A stretch of 64,000 nucleotides of DNA from Bacteroidia bacterium (GTDB taxonomy: Bacteria > Bacteroidota > Bacteroidia > SpSt-205): contig JBCNVG010000014.1 in assembly GCA_039630325.1 (NCBI GenBank), positions 42,972 through 106,971 on the forward strand, written 5' to 3'. The translations under genes and the position numbers were made by a program. The notes beneath the pieces were generated by a model that saw nothing but the letters and a program-made list of their open reading frames with translations, ran no database searches and was not told where the DNA came from. Below, piece after piece: positions 1 to 9,384 of the stretch (positions are counted from its first letter, which is position 1; every line of letters begins with the position of its first letter).

Positions 1-89
1 CGGCGCTGGTCTTCTGTCAAAGTGTAAGGAGACCTATCTGGAATGATAAAATCATTGCCCGTCGCCTGGAGCTTCTGAAAGCGCAGCAT
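1..89 (-). CDS. dapF: Diaminopimelate epimerase, N-terminus (runs off window start; not in ORF track)
   Basis: Manual translation from the minus-strand ATG at 89 gives MLRFQKLQATGNDFIIPDRSPYTLTEDQR, matching the DapF start motif F.K..(G/A).GNDF. Overlaps the mscS 3' end by 38 nt. Confidence 0.8.
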   Translation of the reverse strand, partial: MLRFQKLQATGNDFIIPDRSPYTLTEDQR

Positions 90-1209
90 AGGTATGTGGC
101 ATAGAAGCTACATGTAAAACTCGGGTGGGGAAGGCAAAGCTTGTATGCGGCTCATAGCGTCGTACGGTGTGCAATATGGTGTGAGCGATTTTATCCTGAA
201 AGTAAAAGATGGGTAGCGGGGTGGTATCAGGGGGCTCGTGGTAGTCCATTCGTACGAAGGTGATGACGGTAATCTCCATAGCAGAATCTAAGAAGTTTGT
301 TAGATACACAGCGGCTGGACGCGCTAAGAAGGGCAGTTCGTTCAGAGACGACTTCAGGTCTTCAATCAGCTTATCTAAGACTTCGGTGGGCGTGCTGTAC
401 AGAATTCCGATTCGGAAAAGGACTCTGCGCTCGCCAGTGCGAGTAATGTTTTCTAAAGGGCTCTCGGCGAGGCGCTTGTTAGGAATAATGAGCAAGTGAT
501 TGTCAAAGGTGCGAATCTGCGTAGAGCGAAGGCCGATTTTTTCCACAGTTCCGGCCGTATTAGCGTCTAAACGGACTATATCTCCAATCTGGAAAGGCTT
601 ATCTGCGAAGATTGCCAGGGCCCCGATAAAGTGCTGTAAGGTTTCCTGGGCTGCTAAGGCGACTGCTACGCCGCCGAGTCCGAGGGTGGTCAGGAAGGGG
701 GCCACATTCAGCTTGAGGGTATGCTCCAGCATGAGAAAGCCTATTAGCAGGAAGAGAACTAAACGGGCTATTGTGAAAAGGGGATGTACAAGCTGGAGCT
801 TGTATGTTTCGCCAGCCCTTTGATACTGGGCTGCTAAAATAGTCTGAGCGACGGCCAGCAGACGGCTTCCCAGAAGGCCTATGGCCAGGAGAGTCAGGGC
901 TTCAAAGATTCGTTTGACCCACGAGATGATGGACTCGGGTAAATGAAAGAACTGCACCGTACTAATCGCTCCATACAGCACAATCAGAAAAAGCGGAAAA
1001 AGCCATGCAGGACGCATCAGGGCGTGCAGCTCCTTCTGGGAAATGTCGTCTCGAACCTTTCCCAGGGCGATGTGCAGCACGCGGCTGAATACCCGAGCTA
1101 TCAATCGCCCCACAAAGAATCCTATCACCAAAATGGCGATCGCTATGACCCAATGCCCAAGTAAAATACCCTGCCATTCAGACTCCCATAAAGTGCGCCA
1201 CCATCTCAT
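52..1209 (-). CDS. mscS: Small-conductance mechanosensitive channel (MscS family)
   Basis: N-terminal TM helices; LGLGGVAVALAAQETL; DKPFQIGD..GTVEKIGLRSTQIRTFDN..IIPN MscS signature. Confidence 0.92.
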   Translation of the reverse strand: MRWWRTLWESEWQGILLGHWVIAIAILVIGFFVGRLIARVFSRVLHIALGKVRDDISQKELHALMRPAWLFPLFLIVLYGAISTVQFFHLPESIISWVKRIFEALTLLAIGLLGSRLLAVAQTILAAQYQRAGETYKLQLVHPLFTIARLVLFLLIGFLMLEHTLKLNVAPFLTTLGLGGVAVALAAQETLQHFIGALAIFADKPFQIGDIVRLDANTAGTVEKIGLRSTQIRTFDNHLLIIPNKRLAESPLENITRTGERRVLFRIGILYSTPTEVLDKLIEDLKSSLNELPFLARPAAVYLTNFLDSAMEITVITFVRMDYHEPPDTTPLPIFYFQDKIAHTILHTVRRYEPHTSFAFPTRVLHVASMPHTYAALSEAPGDGQ

Positions 1210-1285
1210 CTCAGGCTAAGGTATGAATAACCTTTTCATGCACTTGCGGGGACCTTTTTGGAGGGGCTCGGTGCCTGGGAAGTCG

Positions 1286-1293
1286 TACTTTTG
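1286..1293 (+). promoter_or_regulatory. Bacteroidota sigma-ABfr -7 box TACTTTTG (dedA)
   Basis: Perfect TAnnTTTG 4 nt before GTG 1298. Confidence 0.7.
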
Positions 1294-1297
1294 CTTA

Positions 1298-1942
1298 GTG
1301 CAGGAACTGATAGACTGGTTTCGTCAGCTCATTGACCCTGAGAAGATTATTCAAATAGGGGGCCTTGGCTTGGTTACGGCGGTAGTCTTTGCGGAAACTG
1401 GACTAATGATAGGTTTTTTCCTCCCTGGGGATTCGCTGCTATTTACCGTGGGGCTATTTTGCGCGCTGGAAATATTGCCAGTTCCAGTGGGATGGGTGAT
1501 GCTCTCGCTCATTCTTGCGGCTATCGTAGGAGATCAAGTAGGATACTGGACGGGAAGGTTTTTGGGCCAGCGGCTATTTGAGAAGGAGGATTCCCGCTTC
1601 TTCAAGCGCAAATATTTAGACCAGACTCGGGCCTTTTATGAGCGTTGGGGAGGAAGTGCTATCATCCTCGGGCGATTTGTGCCGATTGTACGCACCTTTG
1701 CCCCTATCTTGGCAGGAGCTGTTCAATTTCCCCCTCGTACTTTCATCCTGTATAATATCTCCGGGGGTGTCTTCTGGGTCCTTTCCCTTGTGCTGACGGG
1801 GTATGGATTGGGGAGTCTATTCCCATGGCTCAAAAAGTATATTGAGCTCATAGCCCTGGGCATCATTTTCCTATCGGTGCTACCGATACTAAGGGCGTGG
1901 TGGAAAGAAAGACAACAAAAACGAACTCCCAGTGAAGTATAA
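1298..1942 (+). CDS. DedA/VTT family membrane protein
   Basis: FAETGL..GFFLPGDSLLF, GD.VGYW.GR, GRFVPIVRTFAP motifs. GTG at 1298 preferred over 1223 because it follows a promoter box. Confidence 0.93.
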   Translation: MQELIDWFRQLIDPEKIIQIGGLGLVTAVVFAETGLMIGFFLPGDSLLFTVGLFCALEILPVPVGWVMLSLILAAIVGDQVGYWTGRFLGQRLFEKEDSRFFKRKYLDQTRAFYERWGGSAIILGRFVPIVRTFAPILAGAVQFPPRTFILYNISGGVFWVLSLVLTGYGLGSLFPWLKKYIELIALGIIFLSVLPILRAWWKERQQKRTPSEV

Positions 1943-1992
1943 ACTTTCCTGCGATTGAGGCCAACCTATTCGCTTTTTCTTCGGTCAGAAGT

Positions 1993-2592
1993 GTGATACG
2001 GAATCTACTATTGGACCTGGGCGGAGTATTGTATGGGGTAGACTACGAGCGTACTGCCCTGGCTCTGGGGCTGGCGCGTGAGGCTTTACCCACGCTTCTC
2101 GAGGATCCGGTATTAGCCGAGTACGAGAAGGGGATGATTTCCACGGACGGCTTTCTGACGCACTGGCAGAAGCGATTTCCAGCTTTCAGTCGTGAGCAGC
2201 TAATTGCAGCATGGAACGCCATGCTTCTCGGTATTCTACCAGAGAGTGAAACTGTTTTGTCCACGCTTAGTCAAACATTTCAAATCGCCCTACTGAGTAA
2301 TACCAATGAGCTGCACTTGAGCCGAGTAGAGCCAGAGATACAACCATGGGCAAAGTACTTTACTGGAATGTTCTACTCTAATCGCATTCAGTACCGAAAG
2401 CCTGAACCTGAGTCGTATATTTATGTGCTCTCCCAGCTGGGGTGGAAAGCAGAGGAGACCCTCTTCATAGATGACAACCTAACCAATGTACAAGGAGCTC
2501 AGCGAGTAGGATTACACGCCTACCATTTCCATCCGCCCAATCACCCCCTTCGCTTGCTTGATATGCTTCGATCGGTTGAACCCCTGTCATGA
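1993..2592 (+). CDS. HAD-superfamily phosphatase (YihX-like)
   Basis: LLLDLGGVL motif I, LLSNTN motif II, RKPEP, FIDD..NV.GA motif IV. Confidence 0.88.
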   Translation: MIRNLLLDLGGVLYGVDYERTALALGLAREALPTLLEDPVLAEYEKGMISTDGFLTHWQKRFPAFSREQLIAAWNAMLLGILPESETVLSTLSQTFQIALLSNTNELHLSRVEPEIQPWAKYFTGMFYSNRIQYRKPEPESYIYVLSQLGWKAEETLFIDDNLTNVQGAQRVGLHAYHFHPPNHPLRLLDMLRSVEPLS

Positions 2593-2610
2593 AAAGCTTA
2601 CCTTAGGAGC

Positions 2611-3600
2611 ATGTGGGAGTGGGTGCGCAGTTTACCAATTGATTGGGAGGTGGGTATAGAAAGTCCGCCGATTAGCATCGCAGGCGGGCCTTATAGAGCT
2701 ATTGCGGTACTGGGAATGGGAGGCTCGGCTTTCGGTGCAGAGGTCGTACGGGCATGGAGTCGCCCTTATTTGCGCATTCCCTGGGAAATCATTCGAGACT
2801 ATCGGCTTCCCGCCTGGGTAGGAGAGGGAGTGCTCGTTATCGCCGCTTCTTACTCTGGCCTCACCGAGGAGACCTTGGAAGCGACAGAAGAAGCTCTGAA
2901 ACGCCGAGCCACCGTCGTAGGCATAGCCAGTGGAGGTACCCTACGAACTTGGGGTGAGAGTGGACGCTTGAAAGCTTTCATCCCCCTCCCAGAAGGACGG
3001 CCGCCGCGGGCTGCCGCTCCCTTTTCTATTATCGCCCAGTTCTGCTTGCTGGAAGGAGCCGGGCTCCTACCGCCTGCCTGGCGAGAAGAGGGGAAAGCCC
3101 TTGCCGCCCTTCTTGCCGATACCAACCCTTCTCAAGACCCCGCTCTAAAAATGCTCAGTGAACGCTGGGTGAATCACCTAGTTGCCCTTTATGCCCCTCC
3201 GGAGTATGAACCCATCGCTTTGCGTGCTCGCCAGCAGATTCAAGAAAACGCTAAACATTTAGCTTGGCACCATACCCTTCCAGAAATGAATCACAATGAA
3301 ATCGTCGGATGGGAATATCCCACACCGCTGGGACAGAAGGTGGCGGTATGGCTATTAGAGGGGCATCATACTCACTCGCGCAATCGGCTACGATTAGATT
3401 TCATGGAGGGGCTCCTCCAAGAGCGACAAATTCCATTTGCTCGGCTCTGCGCTCCGCAGGGTCCCTACTTAGCTGAGCTTATGTGGCTTCTTCATGCGGT
3501 GGATATTTTTTCCGTCTACTTGGCGGAGCAGCACGGTGTGAATCCTACTCCCGTTCCAGTTATTGACCGCCTCAAAGCCCATTTGGCTCAGCAGTCCTGA
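2611..3600 (+). CDS. Bifunctional phosphoglucose/phosphomannose isomerase (SIS domain)
   Basis: GMGGSA, ASYSG.TEET, QIQENAK, PEMNHNEIVGW, GVNPTPVPVIDRLK. Confidence 0.9.
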   Translation: MWEWVRSLPIDWEVGIESPPISIAGGPYRAIAVLGMGGSAFGAEVVRAWSRPYLRIPWEIIRDYRLPAWVGEGVLVIAASYSGLTEETLEATEEALKRRATVVGIASGGTLRTWGESGRLKAFIPLPEGRPPRAAAPFSIIAQFCLLEGAGLLPPAWREEGKALAALLADTNPSQDPALKMLSERWVNHLVALYAPPEYEPIALRARQQIQENAKHLAWHHTLPEMNHNEIVGWEYPTPLGQKVAVWLLEGHHTHSRNRLRLDFMEGLLQERQIPFARLCAPQGPYLAELMWLLHAVDIFSVYLAEQHGVNPTPVPVIDRLKAHLAQQS

Positions 3601-4609
3601 GGGCTTACTGCGTTGGAGTTTCCTCGGGGCTATTGCAGTTCTCCTGTTAAAGGGAGCCTCTTACTTCATCGGGGGGGGAGCTGGTTTGCTGTCGGATGCT
3701 GGGGAAAGTGTGGTCAACTTGCTTACTTCCCTACTGGGACTATATGGCATATGGTGGGCCCAGCGACCCCGAGACCCTGAACATCCCTATGGCCACGGTA
3801 AAGTTGACGCTCTCATTGCCGCATTTCAGGCTCTTATAGTGGTGGCGACGGCAGGAACTTTGGCTTTTTCAGTAATCACAGGGCGCTATCTTCAAGCACG
3901 ACCTCACACGCTTTGGGAAGTGCTCCTCTATCAAGGAGGAGCCATTGGGCTCAATGGCCTGTTGGCCTTCAAATTATGGAAAGGAGGTCGAATTTACGCT
4001 TCTTCTATTTTGCGGGCTGAGAGTCTCCATTTGATGGGCGATATAGCTACGTCGCTGGTAGTTGTTCTGAACTTTACGGGGCTTTTCCTGGGCTTGCCTG
4101 AAATCATAGATCGGATTGTAGGGCTTCTTATTGTGGGCTTGATAGGATACGGGGCTATTCGAGTCTTGCGCGAGACGAGTGCAGCCTTAGTAGATTATCA
4201 AGACCCCCGACTGCTCTGGCGTCTGGCCCAAGCGGTGCAAAAGCATCGTCGCCCTGAATGGATAGACGTTCACAATGTGCGCATTCAGCGGTACGGAAAG
4301 GCTTTGCACATAGATGGACATGTCACGCTGCCATGGTATTGGAGCTTACAAGCGGCTCATGAGTCTATGAAGCATTTAGAGACGCTCCTTCGGCAGGAGC
4401 TGGGAACGGAGGTGGAATTTTTCTGGCACATGGATCCGTGTGAGCCGATTTGTTGCCGTTTTTGTGAAATTCAAGAATGTACGCATCGCCAAGCTAATTT
4501 TGAGCATCGGTTACCTATTACGCCGGAGAGCTTGTTCGTTGATCAAAAGGTGTGGAGCCCTTCTTCATCCCGTCCACCTATGAAACCCGACGTATCCCAA
4601 AGCGATTAG
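3563..4609 (+). CDS. Cation diffusion facilitator (CDF) transporter with Cys-rich C-terminus
   Basis: LLSDAGES, P.D.EHPYGHGK, AESLHLMGD, IDVHNVR..YG..LHIDGH; tail HMDPCEPICCRFCEIQEC. Start uncertain. Confidence 0.9.
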   Translation: MTASKPIWLSSPEGLLRWSFLGAIAVLLLKGASYFIGGGAGLLSDAGESVVNLLTSLLGLYGIWWAQRPRDPEHPYGHGKVDALIAAFQALIVVATAGTLAFSVITGRYLQARPHTLWEVLLYQGGAIGLNGLLAFKLWKGGRIYASSILRAESLHLMGDIATSLVVVLNFTGLFLGLPEIIDRIVGLLIVGLIGYGAIRVLRETSAALVDYQDPRLLWRLAQAVQKHRRPEWIDVHNVRIQRYGKALHIDGHVTLPWYWSLQAAHESMKHLETLLRQELGTEVEFFWHMDPCEPICCRFCEIQECTHRQANFEHRLPITPESLFVDQKVWSPSSSRPPMKPDVSQSD

Positions 4610-5122
4610 CCATCCCATCAGTCCCCCGCGTCCTATTTCTGTCCAGGTGTGAGCCTTCTGATAGTAGCGCAGCCATCCCACCCCCAAGGTTCCCATGGTG
4701 AAGAAAAGCATATGCCAAGGGTAGTCGATTAGATAGCCTGTATAGAAGCCGCTCATTCCAGCCCAGCCATAAGTATGGAAGGAATATTCCCATCTCCAGT
4801 GGAGCAGAAGGGCTCCTACACTCATCCAGACAAAAAAGCTTAGCCACACATACAGGAGGGGGTCATTGACCGCTCCCCACAGTATCGTCATAGCCAAGAG
4901 ATGCCACAGAAGCATAAATCGCCGTTCAGAGCCCAATAAGATGGCGATATCGCGTTTGTCTCTCAATATCCACGCATACAAAATCCCAGACATGACTACT
5001 AACACCAAAAAGCTGGCCACTATCCAGCCGAGGCTCCAATGGCTCCAGTAGCTGATATACAGAGTTTCTACGAAGACGGGATGAGAAATTACGGCCAGTA
5101 GGGTGACTGGCTGCTTCACCAT
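4565..5122 (-). CDS. Membrane protein, PAP2-like phosphatase family (divergent)
   Basis: About 6 TM segments; ISHP at N-terminus, YSFH, and WLRYYQKAHTWTEIGRGGLMG resembling the PAP2 C-terminal R...AH...E...G motif. Confidence 0.5.
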   Translation of the reverse strand: MVKQPVTLLAVISHPVFVETLYISYWSHWSLGWIVASFLVLVVMSGILYAWILRDKRDIAILLGSERRFMLLWHLLAMTILWGAVNDPLLYVWLSFFVWMSVGALLLHWRWEYSFHTYGWAGMSGFYTGYLIDYPWHMLFFTMGTLGVGWLRYYQKAHTWTEIGRGGLMGWLIALGYVGFHRWTG

Positions 5123-5625
5123 ACGAGGGCTAAATAGATTCCGCTGGGTGCAGTTCCAGCATAAATCGTGAATCCTTTCAAATGAGCATCAGCAAAGGCC
5201 TCTCCGATTTGCAGGCCATACCCTATCAGGAAGGCGAGGATAAATATATCTCTATCCTGTCTATAACTTTCTCGGAGGAGGCGGATATTCTCAGGGCGGA
5301 GGGGGGGCAGAGGATCTTGGCCTTGGAGCGCTGCTTGATAGGCGTGTCGATAGAATACATACGCTTGATGATTGCGATATGCTAAGTATCCCGTCAGGCC
5401 CAGCGCTCCCCACACGATGGGGGCTTTCCAGTACGAGCGGTTGTAAATCTGACCTGCGCCGGGTAAAATCGCACTCAGAGCGGCGGCTAGCCGCGGCTTA
5501 GGTAGGCGCAGAGTGTCTGGCAGGGAATCTTTTAGAGAGTGCGATTCCTTAATGGTTGGCATTCGGTACTGTTCTGTGTCATTTTTTCCGCAGCAGAGCC
5601 ATAGTACTACCAGGAGGTAGCTCAC
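5116..5625 (-). CDS. DUF5683 domain protein
   Basis: P..AA.LSAILPGAGQIYNRSYWKAPIVWG, RQDRD, EAFADAHL..F. Confidence 0.82.
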   Translation of the reverse strand: MSYLLVVLWLCCGKNDTEQYRMPTIKESHSLKDSLPDTLRLPKPRLAAALSAILPGAGQIYNRSYWKAPIVWGALGLTGYLAYRNHQAYVFYRHAYQAALQGQDPLPPLRPENIRLLRESYRQDRDIFILAFLIGYGLQIGEAFADAHLKGFTIYAGTAPSGIYLALVW

Positions 5626-5712
5626 TTGGCGAATATAAAGCAGGGGATTGATAGCCAGCTACCCATCATTTTCAGCTTACAAGTGAAGGAAAGTCTATAC
5701 CTTTGCGCCGCT

Positions 5713-6408
5713 ATGAGTACTTTCCATCATAAAATCCGAGGCCAGATGTGGCTACTGCCTTTCCTGGCCATTGGCATGATGCGAGCACAGCTTGAGGTGC
5801 AGCTCGGCTTAGGGCCCCAAATGACCATAAATGTAACCAAATTCTCCAATACTACAATCAGTCAAAATGGGTTTGGATTATTTGGAGGCCCTGTGTTAGT
5901 TTATTCGGTGACGGACAATGTTCGTTTCGGTGCCGAAATACTCTTTTCCTGGGGCAGATATTCCACAGAAGAGAGGGAGGAAGACATGGTATTTGTAAAC
6001 GGGGCACTTCGGGAGCGGTACACCACTTATAAATCGTCTCATAATACTACTTTTCTTAAACTCCCTCTGACAGCACGGTATGCGATTGATGCTCAGAATA
6101 TCCGATTTGAGATAGGAGCGGGACTTCAGCCTTTCTTCTGGCTTACTTCCACCTCTAAATATACGACTACAGAGGAAATACCGGAGATAAATCGACGTGA
6201 AACCACGGTACGGACTGAAAACAACTTTAGTGGTGGTACAACCGGCATAAATCGAGCTGGTATAGCAGCTGTGCTCCTGGCTGGGGCGTCTTTCTCTAAG
6301 TTTGGGGTATATCTGCGATATGATCCTATGCTGACATCGTTATCTCAGGATGTGCGATCGGTTCAGAACACTTTGGGCTTGATGCTTACCTATAAGATTC
6401 TTGAGTAA
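5713..6408 (+). CDS. Outer-membrane beta-barrel protein (PorT/OMP_b-brl-like)
   Basis: Signal peptide ending RA|Q; amphipathic beta strands; FLKLPLTARY; C-terminal LMLTYKI. Start 5713 follows TACCTTTG (5698-5705). Confidence 0.65.
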   Translation: MSTFHHKIRGQMWLLPFLAIGMMRAQLEVQLGLGPQMTINVTKFSNTTISQNGFGLFGGPVLVYSVTDNVRFGAEILFSWGRYSTEEREEDMVFVNGALRERYTTYKSSHNTTFLKLPLTARYAIDAQNIRFEIGAGLQPFFWLTSTSKYTTTEEIPEINRRETTVRTENNFSGGTTGINRAGIAAVLLAGASFSKFGVYLRYDPMLTSLSQDVRSVQNTLGLMLTYKILE

Positions 6409-6435
6409 TAAGTAAGTTTGATGGGATTTTCTTTC

Positions 6436-6469
6436 AGGGCGGGCGGTAGAGACTATCGCTCGCCCTTTT
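6436..6469 (+). terminator. Intrinsic terminator
   Basis: AGGGCGGGCGGTAG-aga-CTATCGCTCGCCCT stem (with G-U pairs) followed by T-rich run. Confidence 0.75.
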
Positions 6470-6482
6470 GTTTAGATAAAAC

Positions 6483-7058
6483 ATGCATCGGTTCTTCCTT
6501 GTAGCTTTGCTAAGCAGTATGAATGCCCAAATAGAAGAAGCCACTTTTGGGGGTGGATGCTTCTGGTGCACCGAAGCTCTCTTCAAGTTGCTCAAAGGCG
6601 TAGAGGAGGTATATCCAGGGTATGCAGGCGGTCATGTGCCTAATCCGACTTATGAACAAGTTTGTACCAAGACAACTGGGCATGCTGAGGTGGTGCGGGT
6701 ACGATTTCGTCCAGAGGTGATTTCATATCGGCAACTGGTAGAGTACTTTTTCTTCACTCATGATCCTACCACTCCAGATCGTCAAGGTGATGATATTGGA
6801 CCTCAATACCGTTCGGTTATCTTCTATCATAACGAAGCCCAGAGGAAAATAGCCGAAGAGGTCAAAGCTCAGTTAGAAGCACAAAAGATTTTTCTGGCGC
6901 CCATAGTGACAGCCATAGAGCCTTTGCGAAACTTTTATCCTGCTGAGACCTATCACTGGGATTATTTCGCTAAAAATCCTACTCAGCCCTACTGTTATTA
7001 TGTCATCTCCCCGAAAGTGCAAAAGGCTCGCGAAAAGTTCAAATCCCTTCTAAAATAG
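6483..7058 (+). CDS. msrA: Peptide-methionine (S)-S-oxide reductase, probably exported
   Basis: GGGCFWCTE active site, GHAEVV, HDPT, QGDDIGPQYRS, FYPAE.YH; N-terminal signal ending NA|Q. Confidence 0.96.
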   Translation: MHRFFLVALLSSMNAQIEEATFGGGCFWCTEALFKLLKGVEEVYPGYAGGHVPNPTYEQVCTKTTGHAEVVRVRFRPEVISYRQLVEYFFFTHDPTTPDRQGDDIGPQYRSVIFYHNEAQRKIAEEVKAQLEAQKIFLAPIVTAIEPLRNFYPAETYHWDYFAKNPTQPYCYYVISPKVQKAREKFKSLLK

Positions 7059-7081
7059 CAAAAATCCCCTACCTTTGCTTC

Positions 7082-8032
7082 ATGCGGATTATTATTACGC
7101 TTCTGCTGGGGGTAGCGGTATTGCATGCTCAAGAAGAACCGACAAGCCTGGGTATCCTTCTACGAGCGCACAGCGGAGTTGGGCTTGGATTTTTCGGCAA
7201 GTTAGAGGATGATTTGAAAGCCCCCAATGCATTAGGAAAAGACCTGAAGATGGTTCCTTGGGGTACCACGGCTGGGGCAAACTTGGATATCCTTTTTGCG
7301 AAGCGGATTCTCCTCTCTGGAACGCTTCAGCTTCAGCACTACGATGCCTCTGAGACTGAGCGAGGTTTGGCTCGTCCGTACGCTCTGCACTACGGAGGGC
7401 AGGTAGGAGTAGCTCTCCTAAATAAAAACCTGTGGCTATTCTACCCTTACTTAGGCTATCAGGTAGGTACCTACGAGCTGCGTTATACTAACTATTTCAC
7501 AGAGCCTATATATTTTGGGCGGAATCAAGAACTGCGTCCGCTGGATAAACGCGTGTATTCCTCATCCCTCGGGCTGGCGGAAGTGGGGCTGGGGCTGCGT
7601 CGATGGAAGCGTAGTCAAGGCTTTACCCTCATCTGGGGCGCTGATTTAGGCGGCGTGTTTGCCCTCGGAGAGGGTAAATGGAAAGCCTCTGAAGGACCTG
7701 AACCTCAAGGCGTGAATTCACCTAAACTGAGTGGAGGGTATTTGCGGTTTTCCTTAGGCTTTGGCTACGTGAAGCCCAAGTCTGAGGAAAGTACTTCTTC
7801 TCCGATTCCGGTAGCCCCAGCCGAAGAGCCAAAACCTAAAAAGTCTAAGAAACGCAAAGAAGCAGCCGAGGCTCAGCCCTCAGGCACTCAGCCTACGCCC
7901 CAGCCTCCAGCAGTGGATAGCAAACGAGAAAAGGATAGAAAGGCCCAGGAAGCCCAGCCCACTTCTCCGGATACCAAATCAGGCAAGCCCAAGAAGAATA
8001 AGAAGAAACAAGAGGACGAAGACGACGAATAG
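7082..8032 (+). CDS. Secreted/outer-membrane beta-barrel protein with Pro/Lys/Glu low-complexity C-terminal tail
   Basis: Signal HA|Q; beta-strand pattern ending GYLRFSLGFG; about 85-aa charged tail ending KKNKKKQEDEDDE. TACCTTTG at 7070-7077. Confidence 0.55.
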   Translation: MRIIITLLLGVAVLHAQEEPTSLGILLRAHSGVGLGFFGKLEDDLKAPNALGKDLKMVPWGTTAGANLDILFAKRILLSGTLQLQHYDASETERGLARPYALHYGGQVGVALLNKNLWLFYPYLGYQVGTYELRYTNYFTEPIYFGRNQELRPLDKRVYSSSLGLAEVGLGLRRWKRSQGFTLIWGADLGGVFALGEGKWKASEGPEPQGVNSPKLSGGYLRFSLGFGYVKPKSEESTSSPIPVAPAEEPKPKKSKKRKEAAEAQPSGTQPTPQPPAVDSKREKDRKAQEAQPTSPDTKSGKPKKNKKKQEDEDDE

Positions 8033-8071
8033 AGTCTCAAGGCTCGTCGAGCCAGTTTTGTTATTGGAAGC

Positions 8072-9145
8072 ATGACTTCTACAGAGAGCCGCTTATACGA
8101 AGCCTTGCGGCAGGTAATCGATCCTGACCTGCACCAGAACATCGTAGATGCTGGTATGGTCAAGGGATTAGCGTGGAATGAAGAGGACAAGAAAGTCTCC
8201 TTGACTGTAGAGCTCACTACACCGGCCTGCCCCCTCAAAGGGTATTTCAGTGAGCAAATCACGGAAAGCATCAAACGGGTATTAGGGTCAGATTGGCAAG
8301 TTCATACGACTTTCTCTTCACAGTCTTTGGCGGCCACTCGTGAGCTTCTCTCGCAAGTAAAAAATCTCATTCTTGTAGGTTCTGGCAAGGGTGGAGTTGG
8401 TAAATCTACTGTGGCGGTCAACTTAGCCATTGCCCTGGCTAAGTTAGGAGGGCGTGTAGGGATATTAGACGCTGACATTTATGGGCCGAGTGTGCCGATA
8501 CTCTTAGGCTTAGAGCATGCCAAACCAGCTGTTCGGGAAAAGGATGGTCGCCCTTACCTCGTTCCTATTCGTAAGTACGGCATAGAGGTAATGTCGCTGG
8601 GATTTCTTGTGCCGCCTGGACAGGCTACTCCCTGGCGAGGACCAATGGCCTCTAACACGCTGCGTCAGCTCCTTACTGAGACTGATTGGACTGAGTTGGA
8701 TTATCTGATAGTGGATATGCCTCCTGGTACGGGGGATATTCAAATCACGCTTGCCCAGCAGTTTCGTCCTCAAGGCGCCATCATCGTAACTACTCCTCAG
8801 AAGTTAGCCCAAGCTGATGCTGAAAAGGCTTTGAATATGTTCCGCATGCCTCTCGTCCAGGTGCCTATAGTTGGGATCGTCGAGAATATGGCTTACTTCT
8901 GGACCCCGGAGCTTCCTGAGAGGAAATTCTATATCTTTGGAGAAAGTAGCGGTCGTATGCTGGCAGATAAATACGATGTGCCATTTCTGGGTGAAATCCC
9001 GCTTTTAGAGCAAATCGCTCACCAGAGCGACGTAGGCATACCTCCTTCTTTAGAAGAAGGTACGATTATTAGCAACTCTTTCATGCACATTGCCAGTCAA
9101 GCTGTACGGGCCCTTGCTAAACTTGCCTTTGCTTCCGCCTCATGA
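8072..9145 (+). CDS. mrp: Mrp/NBP35 (ApbC) Fe-S cluster carrier ATPase
   Basis: N-terminal FeS_assembly_P (LTTPACP), GKGGVGKST, DADIYGPS, WRGPM, DMPPGTGD, GIVENM. Confidence 0.95.
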   Translation: MTSTESRLYEALRQVIDPDLHQNIVDAGMVKGLAWNEEDKKVSLTVELTTPACPLKGYFSEQITESIKRVLGSDWQVHTTFSSQSLAATRELLSQVKNLILVGSGKGGVGKSTVAVNLAIALAKLGGRVGILDADIYGPSVPILLGLEHAKPAVREKDGRPYLVPIRKYGIEVMSLGFLVPPGQATPWRGPMASNTLRQLLTETDWTELDYLIVDMPPGTGDIQITLAQQFRPQGAIIVTTPQKLAQADAEKALNMFRMPLVQVPIVGIVENMAYFWTPELPERKFYIFGESSGRMLADKYDVPFLGEIPLLEQIAHQSDVGIPPSLEEGTIISNSFMHIASQAVRALAKLAFASAS

Positions 9146-9381
9146 ACCTGAGGTTAGAAGACATTGCGAACTACTTAGGCCCTATTCGGGAATATTTAGC
9201 CATAGATGGAGGGGACATTGAATTAGTTAGTATCAGTGCAGATGGGAAGCGTTTACGTGTGCGTCTGTTGGGGAGCTGTCGTACTTGTGATTTGAATGCT
9301 ACGACCGTACAGTTAGGCATATTAGAGCCGTTGCGCCGCTACTTCCCTTCTTTAGAAGCCGTGGAAATCCTATCTGAATAG
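9142..9381 (+). CDS. NifU/NfuA C-terminal domain protein
   Basis: IREYLAIDGGDIELV..VRLLGSCRTC (CxxC); ATGA overlap with mrp. Confidence 0.88.
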   Translation: MNLRLEDIANYLGPIREYLAIDGGDIELVSISADGKRLRVRLLGSCRTCDLNATTVQLGILEPLRRYFPSLEAVEILSE

Positions 9382-9384
9382 CAT

